From a virus (Duplodnaviria; Caudoviricetes): a stretch of 35,903 bases of DNA. Location of the stretch: the IMG/VR virus record IMGVR_UViG_3300027963_000170, positions 1-35,903 of that record; one strand, 5' to 3'. How positions within the stretch are numbered: position 1 is the first letter of the stretch; every line of letters begins with the position of its first letter. Of this stretch, positions 6,910 to 17,181 are shown piece after piece. Position numbers and translations under genes: made by a program. The notes below the pieces were generated by a model. The model was given only the letters and a program-made list of their open reading frames with translations, did no database searches and was not told where the DNA came from.

Positions 6910-9264
6910 TTAAGGCTTTTTCAGTAGCTGTCGACCGCCCGCCGTGGTCGTGTAGAGCGTGCCAGAGGCCAGACCTGCCGCATCCGCAGCAGCATCGTTC
7001 GTATAATTAGGAATTGCGGGAACAATAAGCCCAAGGCCAGTTAAAACAAGTCGATCAACAGTAGGATTGTAATGAAGGGTTTTGCCCGATCCCCACGAGA
7101 TTCCGTTTGCCAATGCAGTGTTACCTGAAGTTGGCATTTGTAACCGTGCGTAACCAGCCGGCGTGACTCCGCCAACCGCTATGCCAGCTTCATTAGCGCC
7201 AAGATACGCATGAAGTGGCACAACTTCCAATCCAGTGGCAAAATTTTCCGCGCCTTCATAAGTAAGGTTTGTGGCCTGTAATTCTGGACCTCGGTTGTTT
7301 GCTGATGCACCCAAAATCCGCGACGCCCACATTTGCGTTGAACCAGCAGCGCGGGCCAATTTTATGTAAGGCTTACCTGAGGCATCTCCAGAATTAACTG
7401 TCGTCTGTTGCGGGGGAGTGCCATAAGACGAACCAAGCGCACCAAGAGCTAATCCAGCTACCAGCTTTGATTCGTTGCGCATTTTCTCGGCAAGGTAGCG
7501 CTGCGCCGCATCTGCAAGATGAACGCCATCATTGCCCCAACCCAACGCATTGACAGTAGCCCAGTTTTTGCACGCTTCATAACCGTCAAAATAATAACGA
7601 CCTTGCGCAAGCGCGTGCGCTTTCAATGTTGCATTGGTCGTCAACGTGCGAGCGTCCTGCGTAGTATCGGACATTGGTGGAGCGCCCGAAAAAATCCACG
7701 AAGCATACGGCACTACAGCATCAAATCGCGCCTGCATAATTGAAAGCTGCGCAGCGAACGCGGCCACCTGAGCATCGTCCGATACTTCGCGCATCTCAAA
7801 CATCACACAGTCCGGCGCAAGCGCCGTCAATAGTGACGACATAATGCCGGAGTTAACTGTGTTCATTTGCTCTAACGTGGTGCCGGAATAATCAATTTGA
7901 TACCACTCCACACCACTTTTGGTCGCATGTCTAAAAAGTGGTCGGAAAAACTTTACAGTGCCAGAGAGACCAACGACCTGCGCGCGATAAGCTCCCGCCG
8001 CCTTAGAAAGAGTAATGACCCCAAGGCCGAGCGTGGTATTCGCACTGACACTAGTGTATCCGGTTTCATCAACGTAGGACGCGCCTGCAAGCGAAGTTTG
8101 CACCTTAAATGTCCCAGCGCCCGGGCTATTCAGATAGAAAAGCACGATTGTATCGCAAAGAAACGAATTGGACGAACCATCACCAAAATTAAGTGTTCCA
8201 CCGCTAGGCAGTGTCCAGTTTTCGCCAGTGGGGAAAATTGTGAAATCTTGCGTTCCGGCAGCAGCACCACCTGTTGCGGTAACGGTAGCGGAGCCAACCT
8301 GACCGGCACGCCCAAAAGTTGCTACAATGTCAGGCAATGCAAATTTTGGCTTAAAATAACCAAGGCTATCGCCAAATGACACAACTCGCAATTGCGCAGT
8401 CGTTCCAGATGCCATTGATAAAATTTTCTGATGAGCCTTTCCACCAGAAAGATTAAACTTTATACGCGTATCTGTGTCTGGAAGATCAGACGTATAGGCC
8501 CATGCACCAGAACTATATGATGCCATAACAACACGCCCTGCCGAATATGACGTTCCTCCAATTGTTGCGGTTCCTGCGCGAACATCTATTATGTAACCCT
8601 TGCCTTGGACGCCAGTTGGATTTGTAACCGTAGCCGAAGCCGTAACCCTATAATAAGCATCGTTTACGGCAGTAAAATTACCTGTTTTCTCAACCCACTG
8701 CCCAGCCCCGCCCGCCGCCGCCGCCGCACTTGCTGCGGCAGATTCAGCAGCGTCAACGGCATCCGCCGCAGCTGCCGCGTCTATATTGGCAAAGTCAATC
8801 GCACCAGTATCACTGTCAAAATAAAGATACTTACCCTTGCGATCAGCCAATGCCAACGTTCCGTCTAGCGCTTCGCTCTCACCAAAGTGCAGTCCTCGGT
8901 TCGTGGCTTCTTGCTGCGCCTGCGAAATCATTGTCAGTTTATCTAGCGCCCGTTCATGCGTCTCAGCTGGGAACTTGTCATTATAAACGTAGTCAACCAA
9001 CTGCGTGATCGGCACATCACGACGAATGGTGATTACGTTGCCAATGGCTACGCCTGTTCCCGTAAGCGTGATCGACCCACCGGCGTTATTCCCTGCACCC
9101 GTAACCGTATAGTTGGTGCCAGTCGTCAAAACGGTATCAGCACCGCTCACGGTTTTTATGACCTTGAGGTGACTGCTTTCGAGGAAATAGAATGGCACAC
9201 TCAACGTTTGCGTCGTTGAGGACAGGGTGTAAGCTACTTTAGCGGTAGTGGTTGAGACGCTCAT
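6910..9264 (-). CDS. Tail fibre/tailspike with an N-terminal podovirus anchor and an SGNH/GDSL esterase domain
   Basis: N-terminal T7 gp17-like anchor (YTVTGAG...FPAETHERALDKLTM), Ala-rich linker, FGDSL and DGVHL catalytic blocks. Confidence 0.85.
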   Translation of the reverse strand: MSVSTTTAKVAYTLSSTTQTLSVPFYFLESSHLKVIKTVSGADTVLTTGTNYTVTGAGNNAGGSITLTGTGVAIGNVITIRRDVPITQLVDYVYNDKFPAETHERALDKLTMISQAQQEATNRGLHFGESEALDGTLALADRKGKYLYFDSDTGAIDFANIDAAAAADAVDAAESAAASAAAAAGGAGQWVEKTGNFTAVNDAYYRVTASATVTNPTGVQGKGYIIDVRAGTATIGGTSYSAGRVVMASYSSGAWAYTSDLPDTDTRIKFNLSGGKAHQKILSMASGTTAQLRVVSFGDSLGYFKPKFALPDIVATFGRAGQVGSATVTATGGAAAGTQDFTIFPTGENWTLPSGGTLNFGDGSSNSFLCDTIVLFYLNSPGAGTFKVQTSLAGASYVDETGYTSVSANTTLGLGVITLSKAAGAYRAQVVGLSGTVKFFRPLFRHATKSGVEWYQIDYSGTTLEQMNTVNSGIMSSLLTALAPDCVMFEMREVSDDAQVAAFAAQLSIMQARFDAVVPYASWIFSGAPPMSDTTQDARTLTTNATLKAHALAQGRYYFDGYEACKNWATVNALGWGNDGVHLADAAQRYLAEKMRNESKLVAGLALGALGSSYGTPPQQTTVNSGDASGKPYIKLARAAGSTQMWASRILGASANNRGPELQATNLTYEGAENFATGLEVVPLHAYLGANEAGIAVGGVTPAGYARLQMPTSGNTALANGISWGSGKTLHYNPTVDRLVLTGLGLIVPAIPNYTNDAAADAAGLASGTLYTTTAGGRQLLKKP

Positions 9265-9282
9265 GGTATTGGTTAAAAGGTT

Positions 9283-12200
9283 TTACTCTGCTTGCGTGGG
9301 TTGTTGCTGTCTGAACTTGTAAAGAGCTTGCGCGGTTGCTGCCCGAGACAAACTGGACATGTAGGCCCGGGCCTGACTCCGATCCTCGTCATCCAATTGA
9401 TCCGATAAACTAGCCAACCTTTTAAGCCGTTCCTCGTCATTTGCGAGCAAAATAGCCTTTAGGTTGCGACCACGCTCGACCGAGAATTCGTAGAACTGTC
9501 CGCCCATTTCTTTGCGGTATCCGTTCAAATCGGACGGCATGACATCCCGGTCCGCCCATGTTTTGTAGATACGTGCGCTTGGACTGTCATCCTTTTCCCA
9601 GTCCGCCAGCCAGCCTATGCCAAACCGTCCTTTGATCGGCTCGCCTAGTGCGTCTATGGCCGGGTCATTGAACTGAGATCCAAACGGTAGCTGTGCCAGC
9701 ATGGCCGATTTGATGTCGGCCCGAGATTTCTTTTCTCCGCCGGCCAAGGTTTCAAGTGACCGGAAGAATCCTGCCATTGGCACAAGGTTTGCCGCTTGTC
9801 CAACAGTCGCCCGCGCTACTACGTTGGAGATTGCCCGTTCACTTGTGGGTCGGTTTTCGTCAGTGGATAGCACTAATTCCTGCAATGAGGTCATAGGCGA
9901 TTGGCCTAGCGCAGCCGTGAACATACCCTGACCAAACACATAAGCCTCATAAACGACCTCCTGATTGCGGTCTTTGCCGTAGCGACGACGGTCATGAACA
10001 AAGCCGATTGCGGCCAAGTAGGGGGCCACTGGCATGAGCCGGTAGTCAATGAATGCCTTGCCGCCACCAGGTAGCTTTACCTCTAGGCTGTATGGTTTCC
10101 ACTTTCGCCCGTTCTGCGTTAGATCCTTGTCTCGATTGCCTGACCCGCGTCCGTGGATTTGCAGAAATGGCACGTTTTTCTCATCGTCCTCCGGCGCCGG
10201 CGGCACGCAGGCAAGCAATAGCGCCCCCATTGCCACTGTGCCGTAGATGCCGCGCATGAGCACGCGCTGTTTTTCTTCGTCGCTACGCTTGTAGTCCTCT
10301 CCGCCCGGCACCATTACCGGAACATCGGCAGCATCAAACATGGCCCGCACTAGCCCGACCGGACCATAGTCCAAACCTCGGTTAAACACGTTTGCCGGAG
10401 TGCGAATAAACGGCACGCTGTTGACCCGTAGCCATGCCGTCGCAGCTTTCAGCGCCTTTGCCTTGGCTCCAGTAGCCGGGAGACTTTCCGCAAACCGCAT
10501 AGCCCGGCCAAATGCTGCATCCACCGACAGTGCGACAACACCAATAACGCCCTCAGGTTGATACTGGAACGTCGCACGCCGAGCCATTCGCGTAGCTAGC
10601 TCAACCAATTTGCCGTCACGATCCATTTGCCGTAGTTCGTTGGCTCGGTTTTTGATCCACGTTTCTTCATCGGTTTGGCGTTGGATGTTCTCAGTTAGCG
10701 CATCCCACTCGGTCTTGGCCTGTGCGGCATGGTTGGTTTGCTGCTCGGCAGTCAGATTCAGCATCCGCTCAACTTCATATGGCGCCATGTCCTGCGTGAT
10801 TTCGCCGGCATCCACACGGTCCTGCACCATCTTTATGGCCAAATGCCGCGCCGTCAGTTCGTAAACGGACGCTTGAAACGTGGCATCCGTTGCGCTCATG
10901 ATACGTCCGATATATTTGCTGATGGCCCGGCTTTGCTCCATTGGCGCAGCAATCGCCCTTGGCCCTGCAATTGTGGTCCTTGACTCCATTGCTCCACCGC
11001 CACGTTCGACAGCCGCGTCCTGCTGCTGAATAGGCGAACGCCGTCCTTCTGCTATCTGCGTTCCAGCCAACCTCAATCCAATTTTCAGCCCTTCGACGGC
11101 CCCGTTGCTGATTTTGGCGTAGTAATCTAATGCTTTGCCCGGCTCAGTCAGGAGCTTGGTCGCCGCCATTTCGCCTACGTCAAACGCCATAAACGCTGCA
11201 TTGCCCAAAACGTTGCGCGCATTGGTAAGAATGGAGGATAGCACTCCAGAATACCAAAGCCCCACGCCGACATCTACCCAGTCGTAAGGCCGGATTTGCT
11301 CGTGCATGTAAGCGAACAGTTGCAGCGTTTGGTAAACACGTTCGTTGCTGCCAATCGGAGTGCTGGCAATGTTGCGTGCCAGCTTGGCCAGTTCGGCATT
11401 CTGTTGCGGGCTTGGCGTCGGGAGCTTGTATTTGTTGCGAAAGATTTGCTCTAGCCCCTTCACCGAGAGTTTACCGGCATTGAACATCTTCAGCGCACGG
11501 CCAATAGTCTGGCGCAGGTCGCGGGTTGTCGCAATGTCCTTGGCCTTCATCCGGCCAATCAGAGCGATTTCCAGTTGTTCTGCGGTAATGGTCTTGGCTC
11601 GCAACTCCTCCCTGACCTTTGCTGTTTCCTCGCGCAGTGCCTTCAGCCTGGCGTTCTCATCGGGCAAGCGACGGGAATCCAAGTAAGCCACAATCTCCTC
11701 GTCGGTGCCGGACTCCAGCAGTTGCTTGGCCTTTTGCAACTCCTCCTCCGCCAAAAACTGGCGCTGGATTTCCTTGCGAGTAATGGCTGTGGCGACCTCT
11801 GCCCGCGCATCGACCAACATGTTCTGGACAATGCCGCTGACTTCCTGAGCAATCGACTTGGCAAAGTCTTGGCTGAACAAGCCGGCGATCTTGCTGGTAA
11901 TTAACCCCTCTACTTCCATTGCCTTTACCGTTCCCTCCGCCGCTACCTTGCGCGGAGTGGTGTTGGCCTCATCAAACGCCTGCTTGATTAACTTGTTCAG
12001 AATGACCGTAACCGGAGAACCTCCTAGATCCTTGGTCTTGAGCGCCGCTAGCGCCGCGTCCTTCTGCTCCTCTGTCAAGACTTCGCTAGCCTCAATGCGT
12101 TTACGCGCCTCGGCGATAATCCCCTTGTAGCGCTCGGGCTGACTGAGGATGTCCGATGCCCGGTTGGCCAGTTCTTGCGCCGTTGGCTGCTCTGCCGCAC

Positions 12201-15200
12201 CACGCTCGGCCTCTGGTAACGCCGCCAGAATCTCGGCCTGAATGTCGGACGAAAAGATTTGCAGCAATGCCTTGCCCGCTCCGCCGTCCTTTGGCGTGAC
12301 TTTGGCTTCAATGGCATTTGCCACGCTGGCCTTGTAACGCTCCCATAGCGTTTGCTTGGCTGCATCGACAAACTTGCGCAAAGCATCGGCTCGGCTCACC
12401 GGCAGCGGTCCATCCATCTTGAGCCACGCAAGCTGACCCTCGCCCATCCGCTCCTGCATATCCTGAAACACCTGAAACAACTCGGCCGCAATCTGCGGAA
12501 TCGCTGCCTTCTCCTTTTCGCTCAACTCAGGTGCGTTGCGGTTATTGCGGTCGATCTCGCGCCGGAAGAACGCCTGCGCCCCCTCTTCAGTGTCGAGCAC
12601 GACAAAGCGCTTTAAGCCTTCGATAAACTGACCGGCTTCGGTGGCCACAGGCGCCCAAATGCTCAGGATGTCAGACACGGCAGCGTAGTCACCGCGTTTA
12701 TTTGCGGCTTGCATGAGGATTTGCGCAATCGCCGTCTTGGTGTCCATGTGAATTTTGTTGGTTCGGTCCATGATGACCTCGCGCAACTTGGCTACGTCCC
12801 CACCGTGTTTTGCTATAATGACCTGTGCTTCGTCATCGCCCACCGAGCGCGAGCGCACGTTGTAGGTCATGGCCGCTGCCGCCTTCCTCACTTCGTCGGC
12901 GTATTGCGGGTCCTGCTCGACGCGCATGGCCACACGCCGCTGTTTGATCGTTTCTTCTAGCTTGTTTGTGTAATCCTCATCGGACAACGAGTAAGTGATG
13001 TCCGGATTCGCCGCGTCAAACGTGCCGCGGTTGCCGGTTGCGCTTTTGATTTGAGTGGGGGAAAAAGCGATAAAGTAGCGATGTTGTGGCGCGCCCTCGG
13101 CATCCATGATGGCACCATCGAAACCTTTTGCCATCAATGCTTTTGTGAAATCATTAGCAATCTCCTTTATTTCAGGAAGTGATCTTGCTGTCTGCATCGT
13201 GCGACCAAGCAACTCCTTTTGTTTCCCAAAAATCACGCGATCTCCACCCCGCAAATCAACCGGGTTTTTAATCGAAAGAAATGCAAATACGACATTTTTG
13301 CCGTAACGTTCATCAACCGCCGTTTCAGTAAAATATCCGCCACTTCCCGCAACTCCTGTGCTTCGCTCCATGTCAAAAACCGTAAACTTTTCATTCGTGG
13401 CATGCTTAACCACTAACGGCTTGCCTTCCGCATCCACGACCTTGCTCGCGCCAAACCACGCACGAAACTCGGGCGTGTCGATTTGCGCCAGTGAGTAAGT
13501 GCGCACCAATGGATCATAACCCGTAAATGGTGAAATCATTTGCGCTACCTTATCAGGAAAAGTCTTCCCTTCATTGAAGCGTCGTATTCCAGCCAATGCC
13601 ATGTTAAGGTCTTTTGCGTTTTTTATACCACTTTGCGCAGCATAATCGCGTATATGATATGAAACGCCCTTGGGGTCTTCCGCCGTGCGCAAAAAAGCAT
13701 TTACAGCATCCACCGCTCGGTCGCGGTCGTAAATGCCGCGCTTCACTAAATCGTTCAATTCCTCTAAAGTGCGCCGCTCCGTGCCTTTTGGAAATGAACC
13801 ATATTCCATGGATTTATTTCCATAAACTGTTTTTCTTGATTCACGTTCTGCTATCGTTTTGTAATTAAACAACAATTTTGCCTCTTTAATATAGGCCTGC
13901 AATTCATCGCCACTAGGTAATTCAATTCCTTCCAGACTATACGTGTCACCCCACTGCATTCCAGACGCCACTCGCCCAACGCCAGTCATTGTCGGCCACA
14001 CCTTTTTACCCGCTGCCTCCATTCGATAGGCATCTTCAATAGCGGTAATCATGTCCGACACGAACGGAAAGTCAAAACCCTCTTCCGTTAAACTCTCCCG
14101 CACGCCATCTAGTGAGCCCCTTATTTTTTGTTTTTGACCCGCTGCATCGCGCTTAAACGTGACAAATAACTTAAGCCGGTCCTTTGGCATCATGTTATTA
14201 TAAAGCTGCTTCCAATCTCCGTGCAGAGGATCTTCTTTTAAAGTCGATGGAGCCGGTAATTTACGTGAACGCAAAATGCTCATCAAATCGCCATACTTGC
14301 CAAAGTCGGCCTCCATGTTCGCCTGCATCTCTTGCGCGGCCTGAATCCGATTTACATAGGCGTCATCCAATTTGAGCGCCCGGCGCAATTCACTTCTGAA
14401 GCCAATGGGAAGGTTTCCGTCCTGCTCCATTTGGATTAACCGCGCAGTCAATTCCATTAGGTTGGCAAAAAACTCCCGCAGTTGCTCCATGACCGCACGC
14501 ATGGTCAATGGCAGCGCCTTCTCTTGTTCGCCACGCCCAAGGACGTAAGCCTTTGCCGATTTGCTGAAAAACTCGACGGCAGCGCGGTAACGCGTCTCCT
14601 CGTTCATTCCGGCCCGATCCTGCTTCCCCTCAACCTGGTCCTGCCAGCCTTCGATTTCAGTAATCCCGACGTCACCCCTGTCTATCTGCTCCTTGATATG
14701 AGTCTCGGTCTTTTCCTCAACCAAAGTAAGCGGATTGGCTCCTGCCCAAAGCCGCTCCGCATAGCTATAAATCTTGGTTTTTGCGTCATACACCCGAATG
14801 CTCTCGCCGGGTATGGTGACGGTTTTTGCAGTATTGCCGGGCTTAATTGCCCCCATCTTAATGTAGAGGTCCACCAGAGCATTTGCCTGCTGCTCGGTCA
14901 TCCCGCCTTGCTCCTCGGGTTTACCTATGCGGTCCGACAAGCGCTGAATTGTATTTGGGTCGTAAATGGTCGATCCGCCCAAACGTGCCTCAAAAAAGTC
15001 AATCAGGTCGCGCACCCGCTCTTCGTTTGTGGCCATCTCCGCCTTATCCACATCCTCCTTTAATGCCAGCGCATCCTCTACGGTTGCGGCCTCATCCACG
15101 TATTGGCCCACGGAGTTGTAAACGGCATACGTGCCGGCATCGGTTTGCGCTATGCTCGCACCTTGGCTCTGACTTGCTGAATACCCGGCCATTTCCGATT

Positions 15201-17181
15201 CCAATGCGGCCATAGCCTGCCGCTGTTCATCGGTGTCCATTTGGCGCTTTTCCTCATTGTCCCAGAAGCCATGCACCATTTCATATACTGCTTCTTGCGT
15301 AGGTGCCGAAAGAATCTCCGCCGCCGCTTCTTTGGTAAAACCGACCGCCATAAGCGAACGCTCACTGGATAGGTATTGCCGGCCAAACGCTTTATCCGCA
15401 AAGGTGGCGTTTACCGTTCCGATAAGGGTCATTGGCAACAAAGCAATAGCCGTGGCCGGCAGGGTTGCTCCGTAGGATTTAAGATCCTCCATCGTTGCAG
15501 CCGGTATGCTAGGGTCTAGTCGGCTGGCAATGGTCTGGAAAACCATTCCCATGATGTCCTGACTGGCTTCTGTCGCAAACTCTGGGACGTAGGTGGTAGC
15601 AAATTGAAATGCTGCCCGTCCTGCAAATGCTTTGGCTGTCTGCGCCGTCAGCGGTTTTGCCGCAATGCGTTGAAGCACTGGCAGAGTGCCAAACAGAAGT
15701 TTTTGCCCAATGAAATGCTCTAGCGCCGTTTGCACTGCCGCCGACCCCATAGAAAACGTAGAGGTGTCACCCCATGCAACGCCACGACTGCGAGCATCCC
15801 GCATTTCCTTGTTGTAGGTCGTATTTAGAACCAGGGGAATGCCCACGTATGGCACTGCCGACATTGCCGTATAGGCAAACATGCCCGGAGAACTGGCCAA
15901 GGCATCGACGATATAATTGTCGAACTTCTGTGGATTTATTACGCCGTTTGCCAATCCATTAACAAAATTGGCCGCATCTATCTGTTTTGCGTCCGCTGCA
16001 TTTCTTGCCTTGAATGCCTCAAAGTCGGCGGGCGTGAACTCAATCGCACCGGCTTTTTGCTCCAGTCCAAATGGAACAGCACCTTGATTTAAGGTGCCTG
16101 CCATCTTTGCTTCTATTACGCGCTTTGCTTGCTCGTAAGGTAGCTTTGCAGTGCGCGCATTTTGCTCCACCTCGGCTTGATTCAGGTCAATAGCGTCCTT
16201 GAACAAGTCCACGAAATCACGGGACGCCCTCACGCCAAATTTTGCCGCGCCTTTTCCAAGTATAACCATGCCGCGATCAAGCATGGTTTGTCCCTTGCCT
16301 TGCTCATCTGCCCCGAACGTCGAAGGCATTTCCTGCGCTGGTTTATTCTTTGCCTGAATCAATGATGCCAGCACCGGCCAATCTTCACGCGGCAGGTTGG
16401 CAATTTCACTTGTCAGGTTTTTGAGGGAATCAGTGTTCCATACCGCACGGCGCAAATTGGTGGTGCCGCCATACGTTTTAAGCACTTCTACCGCATGTTC
16501 AGCCAGTGGCGTAAGCTCGGTCGTCTTGGTCTGGAGCTTGCCGTAAAAATCGCGAAATTGATTGCGACGAAGGTCGTGGGTTTTTTTGTCCCACCGTTGA
16601 TCGCTCCAAATGCCAACCGTCATGTATTCCCATGCGTCAGCATAACTTCTTCCTTTAATCGCAGAATCAGCCAGCGAAGCAGCACGTTCACCCCACATAG
16701 CCTGCTCGTCGTCCTCCTTTTGAAAGCGCTGCCCAATTAACTGGTAAAGCTCTTCATCCTGAATGTTGTCCCGCTTTATGCCCAGCACATGGTCGGCGTA
16801 AACTGACTTCGTGGCGTCCCAGCCATGTTCGTTCCACCCTGCCGGCAGGTTGCCAATGGTCTCAGAAATATGCTGTTCGACAATGGCTCGTGCCTTCACG
16901 CCACGCGGATTATCGGCGCCCACCGTTGCGTCATCTAGGGTTTTTGCTTTATCGGCCCCAAGGGCCACGTCTAGCTTGTCTAGGCCGGCAAAGTTAGCTC
17001 GCTGGCGATCTCTGGTTATGCGCTTTTGCTCGGCTGACGGTTCAAATGGAGCTAGCCCCTGCTCGCGTTTGGCGGCAGCGTAAGCCTGAAGTAATGGTTT
17101 TGCCTGATCTTGCTGTGGCTTATCCAGATGAGGCAGCGCATTTGTCAGCGTCAGGGCATCGGTATCTGATAGAATCGTCAT
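9283..17181 (-). CDS. Giant internal virion/ejection protein (polyvalent protein) with an ART-PolyVal-like cassette and an LPD38-like C-terminus
   Basis: Occupies the T7 gp16 position; mostly helical with hydrophobic segments; FRAWFGASKVVDAEGKPLVV.H.T...GYFT...LSIKNP...GFDG...QIKSATGNRGTFD; C-terminal PFIRTPANV...PYSL. Confidence 0.85.
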   Translation of the reverse strand: MTILSDTDALTLTNALPHLDKPQQDQAKPLLQAYAAAKREQGLAPFEPSAEQKRITRDRQRANFAGLDKLDVALGADKAKTLDDATVGADNPRGVKARAIVEQHISETIGNLPAGWNEHGWDATKSVYADHVLGIKRDNIQDEELYQLIGQRFQKEDDEQAMWGERAASLADSAIKGRSYADAWEYMTVGIWSDQRWDKKTHDLRRNQFRDFYGKLQTKTTELTPLAEHAVEVLKTYGGTTNLRRAVWNTDSLKNLTSEIANLPREDWPVLASLIQAKNKPAQEMPSTFGADEQGKGQTMLDRGMVILGKGAAKFGVRASRDFVDLFKDAIDLNQAEVEQNARTAKLPYEQAKRVIEAKMAGTLNQGAVPFGLEQKAGAIEFTPADFEAFKARNAADAKQIDAANFVNGLANGVINPQKFDNYIVDALASSPGMFAYTAMSAVPYVGIPLVLNTTYNKEMRDARSRGVAWGDTSTFSMGSAAVQTALEHFIGQKLLFGTLPVLQRIAAKPLTAQTAKAFAGRAAFQFATTYVPEFATEASQDIMGMVFQTIASRLDPSIPAATMEDLKSYGATLPATAIALLPMTLIGTVNATFADKAFGRQYLSSERSLMAVGFTKEAAAEILSAPTQEAVYEMVHGFWDNEEKRQMDTDEQRQAMAALESEMAGYSASQSQGASIAQTDAGTYAVYNSVGQYVDEAATVEDALALKEDVDKAEMATNEERVRDLIDFFEARLGGSTIYDPNTIQRLSDRIGKPEEQGGMTEQQANALVDLYIKMGAIKPGNTAKTVTIPGESIRVYDAKTKIYSYAERLWAGANPLTLVEEKTETHIKEQIDRGDVGITEIEGWQDQVEGKQDRAGMNEETRYRAAVEFFSKSAKAYVLGRGEQEKALPLTMRAVMEQLREFFANLMELTARLIQMEQDGNLPIGFRSELRRALKLDDAYVNRIQAAQEMQANMEADFGKYGDLMSILRSRKLPAPSTLKEDPLHGDWKQLYNNMMPKDRLKLFVTFKRDAAGQKQKIRGSLDGVRESLTEEGFDFPFVSDMITAIEDAYRMEAAGKKVWPTMTGVGRVASGMQWGDTYSLEGIELPSGDELQAYIKEAKLLFNYKTIAERESRKTVYGNKSMEYGSFPKGTERRTLEELNDLVKRGIYDRDRAVDAVNAFLRTAEDPKGVSYHIRDYAAQSGIKNAKDLNMALAGIRRFNEGKTFPDKVAQMISPFTGYDPLVRTYSLAQIDTPEFRAWFGASKVVDAEGKPLVVKHATNEKFTVFDMERSTGVAGSGGYFTETAVDERYGKNVVFAFLSIKNPVDLRGGDRVIFGKQKELLGRTMQTARSLPEIKEIANDFTKALMAKGFDGAIMDAEGAPQHRYFIAFSPTQIKSATGNRGTFDAANPDITYSLSDEDYTNKLEETIKQRRVAMRVEQDPQYADEVRKAAAAMTYNVRSRSVGDDEAQVIIAKHGGDVAKLREVIMDRTNKIHMDTKTAIAQILMQAANKRGDYAAVSDILSIWAPVATEAGQFIEGLKRFVVLDTEEGAQAFFRREIDRNNRNAPELSEKEKAAIPQIAAELFQVFQDMQERMGEGQLAWLKMDGPLPVSRADALRKFVDAAKQTLWERYKASVANAIEAKVTPKDGGAGKALLQIFSSDIQAEILAALPEAERGAAEQPTAQELANRASDILSQPERYKGIIAEARKRIEASEVLTEEQKDAALAALKTKDLGGSPVTVILNKLIKQAFDEANTTPRKVAAEGTVKAMEVEGLITSKIAGLFSQDFAKSIAQEVSGIVQNMLVDARAEVATAITRKEIQRQFLAEEELQKAKQLLESGTDEEIVAYLDSRRLPDENARLKALREETAKVREELRAKTITAEQLEIALIGRMKAKDIATTRDLRQTIGRALKMFNAGKLSVKGLEQIFRNKYKLPTPSPQQNAELAKLARNIASTPIGSNERVYQTLQLFAYMHEQIRPYDWVDVGVGLWYSGVLSSILTNARNVLGNAAFMAFDVGEMAATKLLTEPGKALDYYAKISNGAVEGLKIGLRLAGTQIAEGRRSPIQQQDAAVERGGGAMESRTTIAGPRAIAAPMEQSRAISKYIGRIMSATDATFQASVYELTARHLAIKMVQDRVDAGEITQDMAPYEVERMLNLTAEQQTNHAAQAKTEWDALTENIQRQTDEETWIKNRANELRQMDRDGKLVELATRMARRATFQYQPEGVIGVVALSVDAAFGRAMRFAESLPATGAKAKALKAATAWLRVNSVPFIRTPANVFNRGLDYGPVGLVRAMFDAADVPVMVPGGEDYKRSDEEKQRVLMRGIYGTVAMGALLLACVPPAPEDDEKNVPFLQIHGRGSGNRDKDLTQNGRKWKPYSLEVKLPGGGKAFIDYRLMPVAPYLAAIGFVHDRRRYGKDRNQEVVYEAYVFGQGMFTAALGQSPMTSLQELVLSTDENRPTSERAISNVVARATVGQAANLVPMAGFFRSLETLAGGEKKSRADIKSAMLAQLPFGSQFNDPAIDALGEPIKGRFGIGWLADWEKDDSPSARIYKTWADRDVMPSDLNGYRKEMGGQFYEFSVERGRNLKAILLANDEERLKRLASLSDQLDDEDRSQARAYMSSLSRAATAQALYKFRQQQPTQAE

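Noticed and set aside
8700-8780. GCC/GCA-rich repeat in the tailspike, and Pro/Gly-rich runs in the scaffold and SSB genes
   Set aside because: Ordinary low-complexity protein linkers.
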